Below the pieces are notes generated by a model, which was given only the letters and a program-made list of their open reading frames with translations, made no database searches and was not told where the DNA came from. Made by a program: the position numbers and the translations under genes. From a virus: 45,018 bases of DNA. The stretch lies in IMG/VR virus record IMGVR_UViG_3300023208_000002; one strand, written 5' to 3'. Each line of letters opens with the position of its first letter. Position 1 is the first letter of the stretch. Positions 1 through 7,987 of the stretch are shown in pieces.

Positions 1-127
1 GGCAAATGCGGTTTTCCCCATTGAAGGTCTGGCAGCAATAATAACTAAATCACTTTTTGATATTTGACCAAGCTGTCTATCCAAGTCCGTAAATCCAGTT
101 TTTACACCTACGTCAACTTTCTCTCCA
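1..127. repeat. Terminal overlap, copy 1 (identical to 44892..45018); marks circular closure of the contig
   Basis: Base-by-base comparison: 1-127 equals 44892-45018 with no mismatch. Confidence 0.95.
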
Positions 128-657
128 CGTTTCCTTGCTTCCATCGTCTTATCAATAGATGCAAATAGAGAAACAGAAACATCATAGGCGTCCGATAAAG
201 TTGGCACTTCATCTTGATTGCTTAGATTCTCTAAAATGCTCTCAGATTTAGATATAGCCTCGTTAATATCGTATTGGGTAGTATCTATGGAGATAGTCTT
301 AATTCTTTCTCCTGCCTCAAATAGCGCTCTTCTAGAAGCATATTCATTTAGTTGGTCGGAGTGTTTATCAAGAAAATGAGCCAGACCTATTGTTGAGTTT
401 AAGTTTATTAAAAAATCTTCATCAATAATTTTTGAGTCATTTGCATTTAACTTAATTGAGTCATAAACCATAACAATGTCATGACCCGAACCAGCATCAA
501 AAAGTTTCTTAAAGTGCTTAAAGATAATTTTATGTTGTGTTGCATAAAAACTATCAGTAGTTAATTTACTTACAACATCATCAATACCACCATTGAGAGA
601 CATAAGGGCAGATAATACCGATTGTTCAATTTGTATTGAGTACAAGTTTTCATTCAT
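1..657 (-). CDS. dnaB: Replicative DNA helicase DnaB, 5' (N-terminal) part; gene continues across the junction into 44205..45018
   Basis: ATG at 657 (minus) reads MNENLYSIQIEQSVLSALMSLNGGIDDVVSKLTTDSFYATQHKIIFKHF..., a DnaB N-domain pattern. The frame is consistent with ORF 44205..44975 through the overlap; 657+687 nt = 448 codons including stop. Confidence 0.85.
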   Translation of the reverse strand, partial: MNENLYSIQIEQSVLSALMSLNGGIDDVVSKLTTDSFYATQHKIIFKHFKKLFDAGSGHDIVMVYDSIKLNANDSKIIDEDFLINLNSTIGLAHFLDKHSDQLNEYASRRALFEAGERIKTISIDTTQYDINEAISKSESILENLSNQDEVPTLSDAYDVSVSLFASIDKTMEARKRGEKVDVGVKTGFTDLDRQLGQISKSDLVIIAARPSMGKTAFA

Positions 658-662
658 TTTAT

Positions 663-1406
663 TTAATCCAAATAATTGATTGGTACAGCTACAGCTCTTC
701 TTACTACGTTTTCTTGGGCTTGAACTTTATCAGCACTATTATTGCTAACCTGCTCAATCCAGTAATCAGTTTTCCAATGTTGCTTGTTTAACCATGAACT
801 AGGTGCTGCTATAAACTCACCATTGTTCTTTGTCCACATTTCATCTTTCTTAAACGCATCTAAAACCTTCATGATCATTTCAAAATCTTTTTGGTATTTA
901 GTAAAAGTTTTATTAGCTGCTTCTTTAGTTCCTTTTCGTTTACATTTTGGATATTCACTCCAAAATTTTTCAAACTTTTCACTGTAAACTACTGGTTGTT
1001 TCTTTGGTTGTTTCTTTGGTAGGTTCTGCGTCCCAATATTGGGTTCATTCAAAGACCCAAATTTGGGTTCATTACATGGGAAATTTGGAATCATTCCGTT
1101 TTTGGGATCATTATTAAATTCTCTACAATTCACACCAACCAACTGCAAAACCCTAACCTTTCCTGTGGAGCCTTTTCTCTCTCCCGTATCAACCAAAAAG
1201 CCATTTTCAATAAGTGTGTTTACAACTTTCTTAACTGTCTTGATGTCAAGTTTAGTGTCTTTTTCAAGTCTAGCCATTGAGGGCCATGCTGTGTTGTCCT
1301 CTCCAGCGCGATCTGCAAAAGCCAATAAAACAAGTCTCTCTGATGATGTGTTTACATCTGCAACCCAAGCCCATCTTAAAGCATCAATACTCAATTTAAT
1401 CACCAT
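663..1406 (-). CDS. Putative replication initiator / primosomal protein (N-terminal winged-helix DNA-binding domain)
   Basis: 247 aa. N-terminus LVLLAFADRAGEDNTAWPSMARLEKDTKLDIKTVKKVVNTLIENGFL is wHTH-like. It lies directly upstream of dnaB and carries internal iteron-like repeats (1037-1112). Confidence 0.6.
   Translation of the reverse strand: MVIKLSIDALRWAWVADVNTSSERLVLLAFADRAGEDNTAWPSMARLEKDTKLDIKTVKKVVNTLIENGFLVDTGERKGSTGKVRVLQLVGVNCREFNNDPKNGMIPNFPCNEPKFGSLNEPNIGTQNLPKKQPKKQPVVYSEKFEKFWSEYPKCKRKGTKEAANKTFTKYQKDFEMIMKVLDAFKKDEMWTKNNGEFIAAPSSWLNKQHWKTDYWIEQVSNNSADKVQAQENVVRRAVAVPINYLD
1037..1112. repeat. Four iteron-like direct repeats (TTGGGTTCATT x2, TTGGAATCATT, TTGGGATCATT) inside the initiator gene; candidate origin
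   Basis: Copies begin near 1039, 1063, 1085 and 1102 (spacing 24, 22, 17 nt). They encode the repeated NEPN/NEPK/NDPK peptide. Confidence 0.45.
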
Positions 1407-1619
1407 TCATCTAAACTGACCACTAACACCGAAATACATTGGCATCGGTTCATTTCCTTTCTTTCGATCAATGTAAGCGTCTTGAATTTCTTGAATCATG
1501 AATTCATCTGATTTGGAATCATAAAAATTCTTTACTTCACCAAATTGATTGATAAATTCGGGATATTCTTTTTCAAACCAAGTTATGAAAAACAGGGCTT
1601 CTTTTGGCATTTCGTTCAT
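1407..1619 (-). CDS. Hypothetical protein (70 aa)
   Basis: ORF abuts the initiator gene start on the same strand. Confidence 0.55.
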   Translation of the reverse strand: MNEMPKEALFFITWFEKEYPEFINQFGEVKNFYDSKSDEFMIQEIQDAYIDRKKGNEPMPMYFGVSGQFR

Positions 1620-1629
1620 TAAATAACCC

Positions 1630-1803
1630 TCACTGAATACGAGTTACAATTACATTGTTTCCAACTTGAGTTGTATTAAACTTTCTATCCCCATAACGGC
1701 GAATAGCATCACGGACTTTTGTTCTCTTGGTGTTTTCAATAACCGTACTTTCAAGCGGTTTTAGTTCACCTAAAAATAAAAATGAAGTTGCTGGCTTGGA
1801 CAA
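1630..1803 (-). CDS. Hypothetical small protein; probable TTG start
   Basis: AAGGAG lies 7 nt upstream of the TTG at 1803. The upstream part of track ORF 1630..1920 is very AT-rich promoter-like sequence. Confidence 0.4.
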   Translation of the reverse strand: MSKPATSFLFLGELKPLESTVIENTKRTKVRDAIRRYGDRKFNTTQVGNNVIVTRIQ

Positions 1804-1926
1804 TTCTAATCTCCTTTTGCTTTGTGTAATGTCATTATGTAATGTTTTATTGACTGTGTCTAATAAATAATTTTTATTAATTAAATTAAAATTTATAAGA
1901 AAAACTGATACAAAGGGCAAATAAAA

Positions 1927-1940
1927 AGCCCCGAAGGGCT
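1927..1940 (-). terminator. Intrinsic terminator after ORF 1946..2389
   Basis: Stem agccc/gggct with 4-nt loop, followed on the minus strand by TTTTATTT. Confidence 0.65.
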
Positions 1941-1945
1941 TAATA

Positions 1946-2389
1946 TTAATGCAAATTAAAGTCTTGTAATATTTGATTATATATTATATTGGATATTCTT
2001 GAGATTTCAGATTCTCCGCGGGTTGTTTTTGTGTATTGAGGATATGAATTCCAGCCATTTCCGCTAACATACTCAAACCCAATTAAAGATTTTTGGCATA
2101 GATCAAATATAAATAAATTATATTTTTCATCTATAAATCTAATGCATACTGGCGAATAAGATCTTCTTTTTATTACTTCCAATATTCCCAACTTTTCTAG
2201 CTTGTTGGCAACATATCTTCTTTTTGCTGAAGTCCATAATTGCGTATGCCATAAACAAACATCAGTCAACCTTATTTCATAATCTTTAACTTTTCGGTAT
2301 TTTGGGAAAGTGTTCCATTCGCACTTATTCATTAGGTTTAAAACCTGTTGCTCACATATTGATTTTAGCAATTCAAGTTCATTTTTCAT
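1946..2389 (-). CDS. Hypothetical protein (147 aa), very AT-rich
   Basis: ORF with a 4-nt overlap to the next gene; no recognisable motif. Confidence 0.55.
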   Translation of the reverse strand: MKNELELLKSICEQQVLNLMNKCEWNTFPKYRKVKDYEIRLTDVCLWHTQLWTSAKRRYVANKLEKLGILEVIKRRSYSPVCIRFIDEKYNLFIFDLCQKSLIGFEYVSGNGWNSYPQYTKTTRGESEISRISNIIYNQILQDFNLH

Positions 2390-2628
2390 TTCTTACTCTC
2401 CCTCCAACAATCAAAACACTCGTTGTTATAAACACGTCTTAGTAATGAACCACATTTGCAAGGCTTAGTATGTTCGTAGAATCTCTTGCCCATAGACCTA
2501 GCATTTGTTCGATTGATTCTCCATATTGGCACATCCTTTCTAGGCTCCTTATCACTAATCTTAAAAGGAATTGCTGCATATCCAAAACGGTCAGGATTCA
2601 TAAATCCGTCATTAATTACTGTGTTCAT
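2386..2628 (-). CDS. Small zinc-finger protein (C-terminal CKCG...CFDC)
   Basis: ATG at 2628 is preceded by GGAG. The longer TTG-started track ORF would overlap the promoter. Confidence 0.55.
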   Translation of the reverse strand: MNTVINDGFMNPDRFGYAAIPFKISDKEPRKDVPIWRINRTNARSMGKRFYEHTKPCKCGSLLRRVYNNECFDCWRESKK

Positions 2629-2651
2629 TCTATTAACTCCAAATAAAAACA

Positions 2652-2681
2652 ATCTTACCTAATTAATTCTCAATAGTAAAT
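2652..2681 (-). promoter_or_regulatory. Conserved-box promoter A (box 2666-2681)
   Basis: Exact 16-mer ATTTACTATTGAGAAT on the minus strand, directly after terminator 2698-2716. Contains TACTAT (-10-like); alternative reading TTTACT-17-TAAGAT. Confidence 0.5.
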
Positions 2682-2697
2682 ATTATATTCAAAATAA

Positions 2698-2716
2698 AAC
2701 CCTCACTAGGAGGGTT
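2698..2716 (-). terminator. Intrinsic terminator after ORF 2733..3158
   Basis: Stem aaccctc/gagggtt with 5-nt loop, followed on the minus strand by TTTTATTTT. Confidence 0.7.
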
Positions 2717-2732
2717 GATTTGCTTTAAATTA

Positions 2733-3158
2733 TCAAATTTCCAAAAGTTCTTTTTTGTTTGGGTGCAGATTTATAATAGCCATACCCATTTCAAAACTTG
2801 GGTTTTTGCGAACGCCTTCACGCAACCACTGAATATATGCAGTTGAGATTCCAGTCATATTCCCAAGCTGATGTTGAGAAATGTTGTTGTATTTAAATAC
2901 TTCATCAATAATTTTTGGCCAATCAACACTACGCATCCCTGTAAATAATTTAGGGTAGTTTTCTTTTACATAGTCACTATTCAGACTGTAGAAATATTCT
3001 GGCTCATTATCATCTGAGACTTTTCGCTTTGCTAGCAAACCTGTTTTTTTGCTATTTGGTTCGTGCTTTAACTTTTCTCCCTTATAGAAGAAGCTTCGAG
3101 TAGTTAATTCAAAATCAACCACTTCTGCCGTCCCTTCAAAAACTTTCAATACTTTCAT
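2733..3158 (-). CDS. HTH (XRE-like) DNA-binding protein; first gene of the leftward arm
   Basis: C-terminal ISQHQLGNMTGISTAYIQWLREGVRKNP is a helix-turn-helix pattern; AGGAG RBS. Confidence 0.6.
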   Translation of the reverse strand: MKVLKVFEGTAEVVDFELTTRSFFYKGEKLKHEPNSKKTGLLAKRKVSDDNEPEYFYSLNSDYVKENYPKLFTGMRSVDWPKIIDEVFKYNNISQHQLGNMTGISTAYIQWLREGVRKNPSFEMGMAIINLHPNKKELLEI

Positions 3159-3180
3159 TTTAAACTCCTAATTTTTCTTC

Positions 3181-3209
3181 ATTGTAGTTTATTAAATTAA
3201 CTATTGCAA
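3181..3209 (-). promoter_or_regulatory. Leftward sigma70-like promoter TTGCAA-17-TACAAT
   Basis: -35 is the palindromic hexamer 3204-3209. -10 is 3181-3186 (attgta on plus). AGGAG and ATG 3158 follow. Confidence 0.5.
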
Positions 3210-3240
3210 ATTATAAATATTAGTTTACTATAGTGATTAT
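3204..3240 (+). promoter_or_regulatory. Rightward sigma70-like promoter TTGCAA-16-TACTAT with a variant conserved box
   Basis: It uses the same hexamer 3204-3209 as its -35. -10 is 3226-3231. TTTACTATAGTGATTAT (3224-3240) matches the box at 13 of 17 positions. Confidence 0.5.
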
Positions 3241-3259
3241 CTTAACAGGAGAAGCAAAG

Positions 3260-4033
3260 ATGAATATCGAAAATATTGCGATTATGTGCAAAGATTTAAA
3301 TCAGAGAAATGAAGCGGAAAAAGTTTTAATAAATCATGGATTAGTAAATGATAATAACCATACAGGGAATAAAAATATTACTGTTGGTGTTGGTCAGGTG
3401 TTTTGGTTTTCAGATCGCCCTAATGGATCGAAAATTAGTTTTGATGAATTCATGGAGAAATATTCAGAAAATGAAATGATCAAAAAAATCCATCAAGCCA
3501 AAAAAGAACTTGGTTTAAACAATAGTGAATTATCTTTAAAGATGGGTAAATCCCGCCCTTATATCGCCAAGATGCTTAACCAGCCGCAAAGCGAAAAGGT
3601 TCAGAATAAGGTTATTGCTGAGCTGGATAAATTGCTAAATCAGCCAGAGGTTGACGATACTTTTGTTTCAAACCTTGCTGATGAAATTGAATCGAAAGAC
3701 AAAGAAATTTCAGATCTTAAAAAGGTTATCGAAAGTAAAGATTTGGCTATCAGTGGATTGATTAAGCAAAACGATGAAGCCAAGAAAATTCATGATAAGG
3801 ATGTGAAAATTATTTCAGAAAAACAAGATCAAATTGATAGATTAAAATCAATTAAAGATCATGATTCATATCAAATCAGTGAGCTATCAAAAGCATTGGA
3901 GTATGGGGAGAATTCTCACGAAGCAAATGTCGATAGCCTTAAATCAAAGATCAAGCGCGAACGAATCATTATTTTAATTGTTATTGCAATTTTAACGGCG
4001 CTATTCTTCTTGAAGGGCTCTATTGGTGGTTGA
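3260..4033 (+). CDS. HTH protein with coiled-coil and C-terminal transmembrane anchor
   Basis: AGGAG lies before ATG 3260. HTH-like LGLNNSELSLKMGKSRPYIAKMLNQ, a long heptad-rich region, and C-terminal IIILIVIAILTALFFL. Confidence 0.6.
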   Translation: MNIENIAIMCKDLNQRNEAEKVLINHGLVNDNNHTGNKNITVGVGQVFWFSDRPNGSKISFDEFMEKYSENEMIKKIHQAKKELGLNNSELSLKMGKSRPYIAKMLNQPQSEKVQNKVIAELDKLLNQPEVDDTFVSNLADEIESKDKEISDLKKVIESKDLAISGLIKQNDEAKKIHDKDVKIISEKQDQIDRLKSIKDHDSYQISELSKALEYGENSHEANVDSLKSKIKRERIIILIVIAILTALFFLKGSIGG

Positions 4034-4078
4034 GTTTTGCAAGATTTGTTGTAAGTACAAATTGTTTTTGAATCATAA

Positions 4079-4330
4079 ATGTTCAGGGTGTGGATTGAGA
4101 TGAAAGAATTATGTTTTTTGGGTTTGATGTATATTATTGCTGGTATTGTTTTGGTGGTAGTTATAAAGGTTGCCGCTGCTCCATTTCAAGCTTATTCTTG
4201 CCAAAACTATGGTAAATTAACTGAAAGAAAAACAGATTTTTCTATATGGAACGGTTGTTTTGTTGAACACAAGGGGAAGTACATCCCTAGATCAGAGCTT
4301 GAAAAGCGCATGATTATGAATTTAGATTAA
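4079..4330 (+). CDS. Small membrane protein (83 aa)
   Basis: One hydrophobic helix LGLMYIIAGIVLVVVIKVAAA. Confidence 0.5.
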   Translation: MFRVWIEMKELCFLGLMYIIAGIVLVVVIKVAAAPFQAYSCQNYGKLTERKTDFSIWNGCFVEHKGKYIPRSELEKRMIMNLD

Positions 4331-4334
4331 AATT

Positions 4335-4355
4335 AGCTCCTTCGGGAGCTTTTTT
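4335..4355 (+). terminator. Intrinsic terminator
   Basis: agctcc-ttcg-ggagct followed by TTTTT. Confidence 0.75.
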
Positions 4356-4366
4356 AATATTTGCGC

Positions 4367-4402
4367 TTGACACATCCATTCAATTCATTTACTATTGAGA
4401 AT
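4367..4402 (+). promoter_or_regulatory. Conserved-box promoter B: TTGACA-17-TACTAT (box 4387-4402)
   Basis: Consensus -35 at 4367-4372 and a 17-nt spacer. The -10 lies inside the exact 16-mer box; ATG is 21 nt downstream. Confidence 0.65.
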
Positions 4403-4422
4403 ATAAACAAGGGGTAAACATT

Positions 4423-4758
4423 ATGAAAAATGCATTAATTTTAGCTGCTTCTGTTGCGTTAGCTGCATGTTCAGGTAAACCAGTTATTACAGGCCCATAT
4501 GAAGTTGAATCGTTAGATATGGAGCATAACGTAGCTGCTATTAAGTCTGGTGATTTGGTTTTAGAAGTTGAGTTTGAAGGTCGATTCTTTAAAGATGGCA
4601 ACGGATTCCAATCATGGAGAGATGTTGAAGTCGAATCTGTAAATGACGTTAAAGTTTTTAACGAAGATGGCGAAACAGAAGACTATGTTTTACCTAGTGA
4701 AGAAGTATCAAACATTGTTCAAGTAATTGAAAACGAAATTGCGGAGAAAATGGAATGA
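4423..4758 (+). CDS. Lipoprotein (111 aa)
   Basis: Signal peptide with lipobox: MKNALILAASVALAAC-SGK. Confidence 0.7.
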   Translation: MKNALILAASVALAACSGKPVITGPYEVESLDMEHNVAAIKSGDLVLEVEFEGRFFKDGNGFQSWRDVEVESVNDVKVFNEDGETEDYVLPSEEVSNIVQVIENEIAEKME

Positions 4759-4937
4759 GTTGGCTTGATGATGTGAAAGAACATGGCGCAGATGCTTACT
4801 TCTGGTCAATTGAAACGGCGTATCAAATGAATGTGATTGACTCTAAAGAATACAGAAAACGTATGCATGAATATCGAGAGATTCAGCATCAGGAAAGACA
4901 AGAAACATTACTTAAATTATTGGAGATTTCTAAATGA
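4755..4937 (+). CDS. Hypothetical protein (60 aa)
   Basis: 4-nt overlaps with both neighbouring genes. Confidence 0.5.
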   Translation: MSWLDDVKEHGADAYFWSIETAYQMNVIDSKEYRKRMHEYREIQHQERQETLLKLLEISK

Positions 4938-5833
4938 GCAATCTAACACAGCAGCAAAAACAAAATGCATTAGCGATTAAACAAACGCTTAGCAATCCAT
5001 CGGTGATGAAGCGCATTGAGGAAATGATAGGGCGTAAATCTGATAGCTATATTACGTCTGTAATGCAAGTGATTAATTCAAACGGGTTATTGGCGCAATC
5101 AACTCCTGAATCCGTGATAGGCGCTGTTTATACGGCTTGTGCGCTTAATTTGCCATTAAATAATAATCTTGGTTTTGCTTATATTGTTCCATTCAAAAAC
5201 CGCCAAAGTGGAAATCAAGAAGCGCAATTTCAAATGGGGTGGAAAGGCTATTTACAATTGGCTCAGCGCTCTGGTCAGATTAAAAAGATTGCCTCAATTG
5301 CAGTTTATGACACAGATACAGAAGAAAGTGTAAAGGCTCGTTTAACTTCATTCATTCCACAAAAAGTTAGTGGAGAGGTTATTGGGTATCTAGCTTATCT
5401 TGAGACTGTGACAGGGTTTGAAGCTCATTTAACAATGACTAATGAAGAGCTTGAACAGCATGCAAGCAAGTATAGCCAGACGTATAAAACTGCAAAATCG
5501 AAAGGGCAAAACTATTCTGTTTGGCACCAAAATTGGGATGCAATGTGTCAAAAGACTGTCATTAAATTGCTTATCTCAAAATATGCTCCTATGTCGGTTG
5601 AGCTTCAACAGGCAATTGAATTTGATCAAGCAGTGATTAATGAAGACGGTGAAGCTTCGTATGTTGATAACGAACAAGAGAGTGAAAAGCCATTAGCTCG
5701 ATTGATTTCCGAGGATCAATTCCCGCAATTCGTGGCGGCTATTGAAGCTGGAAGCTTAACTAAAGAGCATGCTTTAAATCCAGATATTTACGCATTAAGC
5801 GAAGAGCAAAAGAAAATAGTTGAGGTGTTATGA
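4934..5833 (+). CDS. recT: RecT-family single-strand annealing protein
   Basis: LGFAYIVPFKN...AQFQMGWKGYLQLAQRSGQIKKI matches the RecT core pattern. Confidence 0.8.
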   Translation: MSNLTQQQKQNALAIKQTLSNPSVMKRIEEMIGRKSDSYITSVMQVINSNGLLAQSTPESVIGAVYTACALNLPLNNNLGFAYIVPFKNRQSGNQEAQFQMGWKGYLQLAQRSGQIKKIASIAVYDTDTEESVKARLTSFIPQKVSGEVIGYLAYLETVTGFEAHLTMTNEELEQHASKYSQTYKTAKSKGQNYSVWHQNWDAMCQKTVIKLLISKYAPMSVELQQAIEFDQAVINEDGEASYVDNEQESEKPLARLISEDQFPQFVAAIEAGSLTKEHALNPDIYALSEEQKKIVEVL

Positions 5834-6585
5834 ATCTAATCTTTCGATGTTCTGAACTTCATCGACTAATGGGGAATGCAAAGTCTATTGACTCTGCATT
5901 TCTCACAGAAGAAGTTCAAGCAATAAAGGCGAAGAAAAAACGTACCGATGAGGAACAAAAGATTTTAGATGATCTTCTGGATAAAACTTTATCGGCTACT
6001 GCTAAAACACTGGTCAAGGAAAAAGCTAGGCAGTTAAGACATAAAGCTCCAAGTAAGTTTACTGGAAGTAAAGAGACAAGAAAAGGGAATTTAGTGGAAG
6101 ATGACGCAATCTTGTTTCTAATGCAGCAGAAGTTTATTAGTGCTGAAAAGAATACGATTCGTTTTACTAATGAATGGATCACTGGCGAACCAGACATTAT
6201 TACCAATACAGCAATACGTGACACAAAATGCCCGTGGTCATATTGGACTATGGAATACTTTAAGGAAGATATTGAAGGCAAAGCATTAGACGCTGGTTAT
6301 GATTGGCAACAATTGGGATACATGAATCTGTTAAGAGAAAATCATGATTACGAGCCAAAAATAATTAATGAGGCTTATCTTGACTTTATCCTAATGCCAA
6401 CACCTAAAGAATGCTTAACTCGATATGATGATGAATATTTGCATATCGACTATGTTTTAGAGATGAATCCTAGTGATCGTATTTCATCGTATAGAGTTGA
6501 ATATGATCAAAAGAAAATTGACTTAATTAAACTAAAAGTCGAAATGGCTAGAGAATATGCCAAGACTTTAGTTTTTGGAGGATAA
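5830..6585 (+). CDS. Putative recombination exonuclease (PD-(D/E)XK type), partner of RecT
   Basis: Translationally coupled to recT. GEPDIITNTAIRDTKC resembles a D...(D/E)xK nuclease motif. Confidence 0.5.
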   Translation: MNLIFRCSELHRLMGNAKSIDSAFLTEEVQAIKAKKKRTDEEQKILDDLLDKTLSATAKTLVKEKARQLRHKAPSKFTGSKETRKGNLVEDDAILFLMQQKFISAEKNTIRFTNEWITGEPDIITNTAIRDTKCPWSYWTMEYFKEDIEGKALDAGYDWQQLGYMNLLRENHDYEPKIINEAYLDFILMPTPKECLTRYDDEYLHIDYVLEMNPSDRISSYRVEYDQKKIDLIKLKVEMAREYAKTLVFGG

Positions 6586-6879
6586 ATGAAAATCAAGGAA
6601 TCATTGGTCTTTGTGTTTGTTTTTTGGATGCAGAAAGGTGGGCATAACTTAAACGAGCGTAAAGGCAATATTGTTATGCGTAAAAACGGAAAGGTGGCTG
6701 AAATTTATTTTTCGGATGCTGATTATTATGAAATTAACGACTATTGCAAGGAACGGTACGAATTGTTTTTAACGCAATGGCTTAAATATGGAGTGGAGTT
6801 TATCAAGAATTTAAAACGTGAAGGTGCGTTAGAAGTAATGCGTAATAGAGGGCAACGATATTTGGAGCTGAAGAAATGA
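6586..6879 (+). CDS. Hypothetical protein (97 aa)
   Basis: GGAGG RBS before ATG 6586. Confidence 0.5.
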   Translation: MKIKESLVFVFVFWMQKGGHNLNERKGNIVMRKNGKVAEIYFSDADYYEINDYCKERYELFLTQWLKYGVEFIKNLKREGALEVMRNRGQRYLELKK

Positions 6880-7094
6880 GTAAATATGATTGGTCGAATG
6901 TTCCACCTGAAGTAAATTGGATTGCTACAGATGCAAATGGTAGAAAGTATGGATATGTTAATTACGAACCGTTCCTTGATGGCGTAATACCTTGCCGGGA
7001 TAGCCTTGAAGAAAGTATCCCATTGGGTTACATGGGTTTAGATCTTAATGGTTGCTATTTGTGGCAAGACTCACTAGAGGAGCGTCCAAAATGA
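6876..7094 (+). CDS. Hypothetical protein; paralogue of 30696..30926
   Basis: Shares KYDWSxVPxEVNWIATDxxGxxYG and a C-terminal SLE(E/Q)RPK with the minus-strand ORF at 30.7 kb. Confidence 0.6.
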   Translation: MSKYDWSNVPPEVNWIATDANGRKYGYVNYEPFLDGVIPCRDSLEESIPLGYMGLDLNGCYLWQDSLEERPK

Positions 7095-7255
7095 ACCCAA
7101 TAGCAATGATTTTATTATCCTTTGTTTTGAGCTTTGTTTTTGTGGTTGTCTTATATTTATATGAGGCATATAAGCGGAAGCGATACGTGCAAAGAAAACA
7201 AGATGATCAGCGTAAATTTAATCCTATTCGTGAGAAGGTGTGGTGGAAGAGATGA
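7091..7255 (+). CDS. Small membrane protein
   Basis: GGAG RBS and an ATGA overlap; hydrophobic MNPIAMILLSFVLSFVFVVVLYLY. Confidence 0.5.
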   Translation: MNPIAMILLSFVLSFVFVVVLYLYEAYKRKRYVQRKQDDQRKFNPIREKVWWKR

Positions 7256-7494
7256 ATCAAACAATTGTAGTTTTATTAATGTTGCTAATTCTATCTAGCT
7301 TGATGAGAACTGCTAGAAATTCAAAGATTTCAACAAAAGATAGATATATTGAGTTTTACAAGCAAAAGATTATTGATGAAGAAAAATCAACCACATCGGA
7401 TGGAGTAAAAGTATTTGCATCCTTGACAGTGTTATTAATTGACATTGCAATTATATATTTTTCAATTCAAGCAATTTTTTCTTTAGTTGAATAG
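7252..7494 (+). CDS. Small membrane protein (two hydrophobic helices)
   Basis: ATGA overlap with the previous gene; N- and C-terminal hydrophobic segments. Confidence 0.5.
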   Translation: MNQTIVVLLMLLILSSLMRTARNSKISTKDRYIEFYKQKIIDEEKSTTSDGVKVFASLTVLLIDIAIIYFSIQAIFSLVE

Positions 7495-7504
7495 GATTTA
7501 TAAA

Positions 7505-7978
7505 ATGTTAAGCGTAAAAATTAAGAAATTATCACAAGATGCAGTTATCCCAACTTATGCCAAGCATGGTGATGCTGGGATGGATTTAACAGCAACTAGC
7601 AAGGAATATGATGATAATGGAAACGTGGTTTACGGCACATCCTTAGCCTTCGAAATCCCAAATGGATATGTAGGTCTATTGTTTCCACGTTCAAGCAACA
7701 CAAAGAAAGATTTGATTTTAGGTAATTCAGTTGGTGTTCTTGATTCTGGTTATCGCGGTGAGGTGTTTTTAAAATTTAAAAAAACATGCGGGTTTATTGA
7801 TAATTGTGAAGGTCATGATTATCAAATTGGCGACCGAATAGGGCAAATTATCATTATCCCAATTCCACAAGTTAATTTTATTGAAGTTGATGAATTGTCA
7901 AGCTCAGATCGTGGAGTTGGGTCTTTTGGGTCAACTGATCCAATCACAAAATCAATAGAAGATAATCTATCTTTGTAA
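7505..7978 (+). CDS. dut: dUTP diphosphatase
   Basis: AVIPTYAKHGDAGMDL, GNSVGVLDSGYRGE and SDRGVGSFGSTD are classic trimeric dUTPase motifs. Confidence 0.85.
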   Translation: MLSVKIKKLSQDAVIPTYAKHGDAGMDLTATSKEYDDNGNVVYGTSLAFEIPNGYVGLLFPRSSNTKKDLILGNSVGVLDSGYRGEVFLKFKKTCGFIDNCEGHDYQIGDRIGQIIIIPIPQVNFIEVDELSSSDRGVGSFGSTDPITKSIEDNLSL

Positions 7979-7987
7979 TATAATAAC

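Noticed and set aside
1-127. Biological direct terminal repeat
   Set aside because: The repeat cuts through the middle of the essential dnaB gene, and its length equals a common assembler k-mer (127). An assembly overlap of a circular or permuted genome is the simpler explanation.
993-1018. Tandem 12-nt duplication ggttgtttcttt x2
   Set aside because: It encodes PKKQPKKQP in the initiator linker. It is noted as context for the iterons, but on its own it is an ordinary slippage duplication.
2733-4033. CI/Cro-like lysogeny switch implying a temperate phage
   Set aside because: Divergent HTH genes exist, but no integrase, excisionase, partition or plasmid-maintenance gene is recognisable anywhere in the 44.9 kb. 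Lifestyle cannot be called temperate from this.
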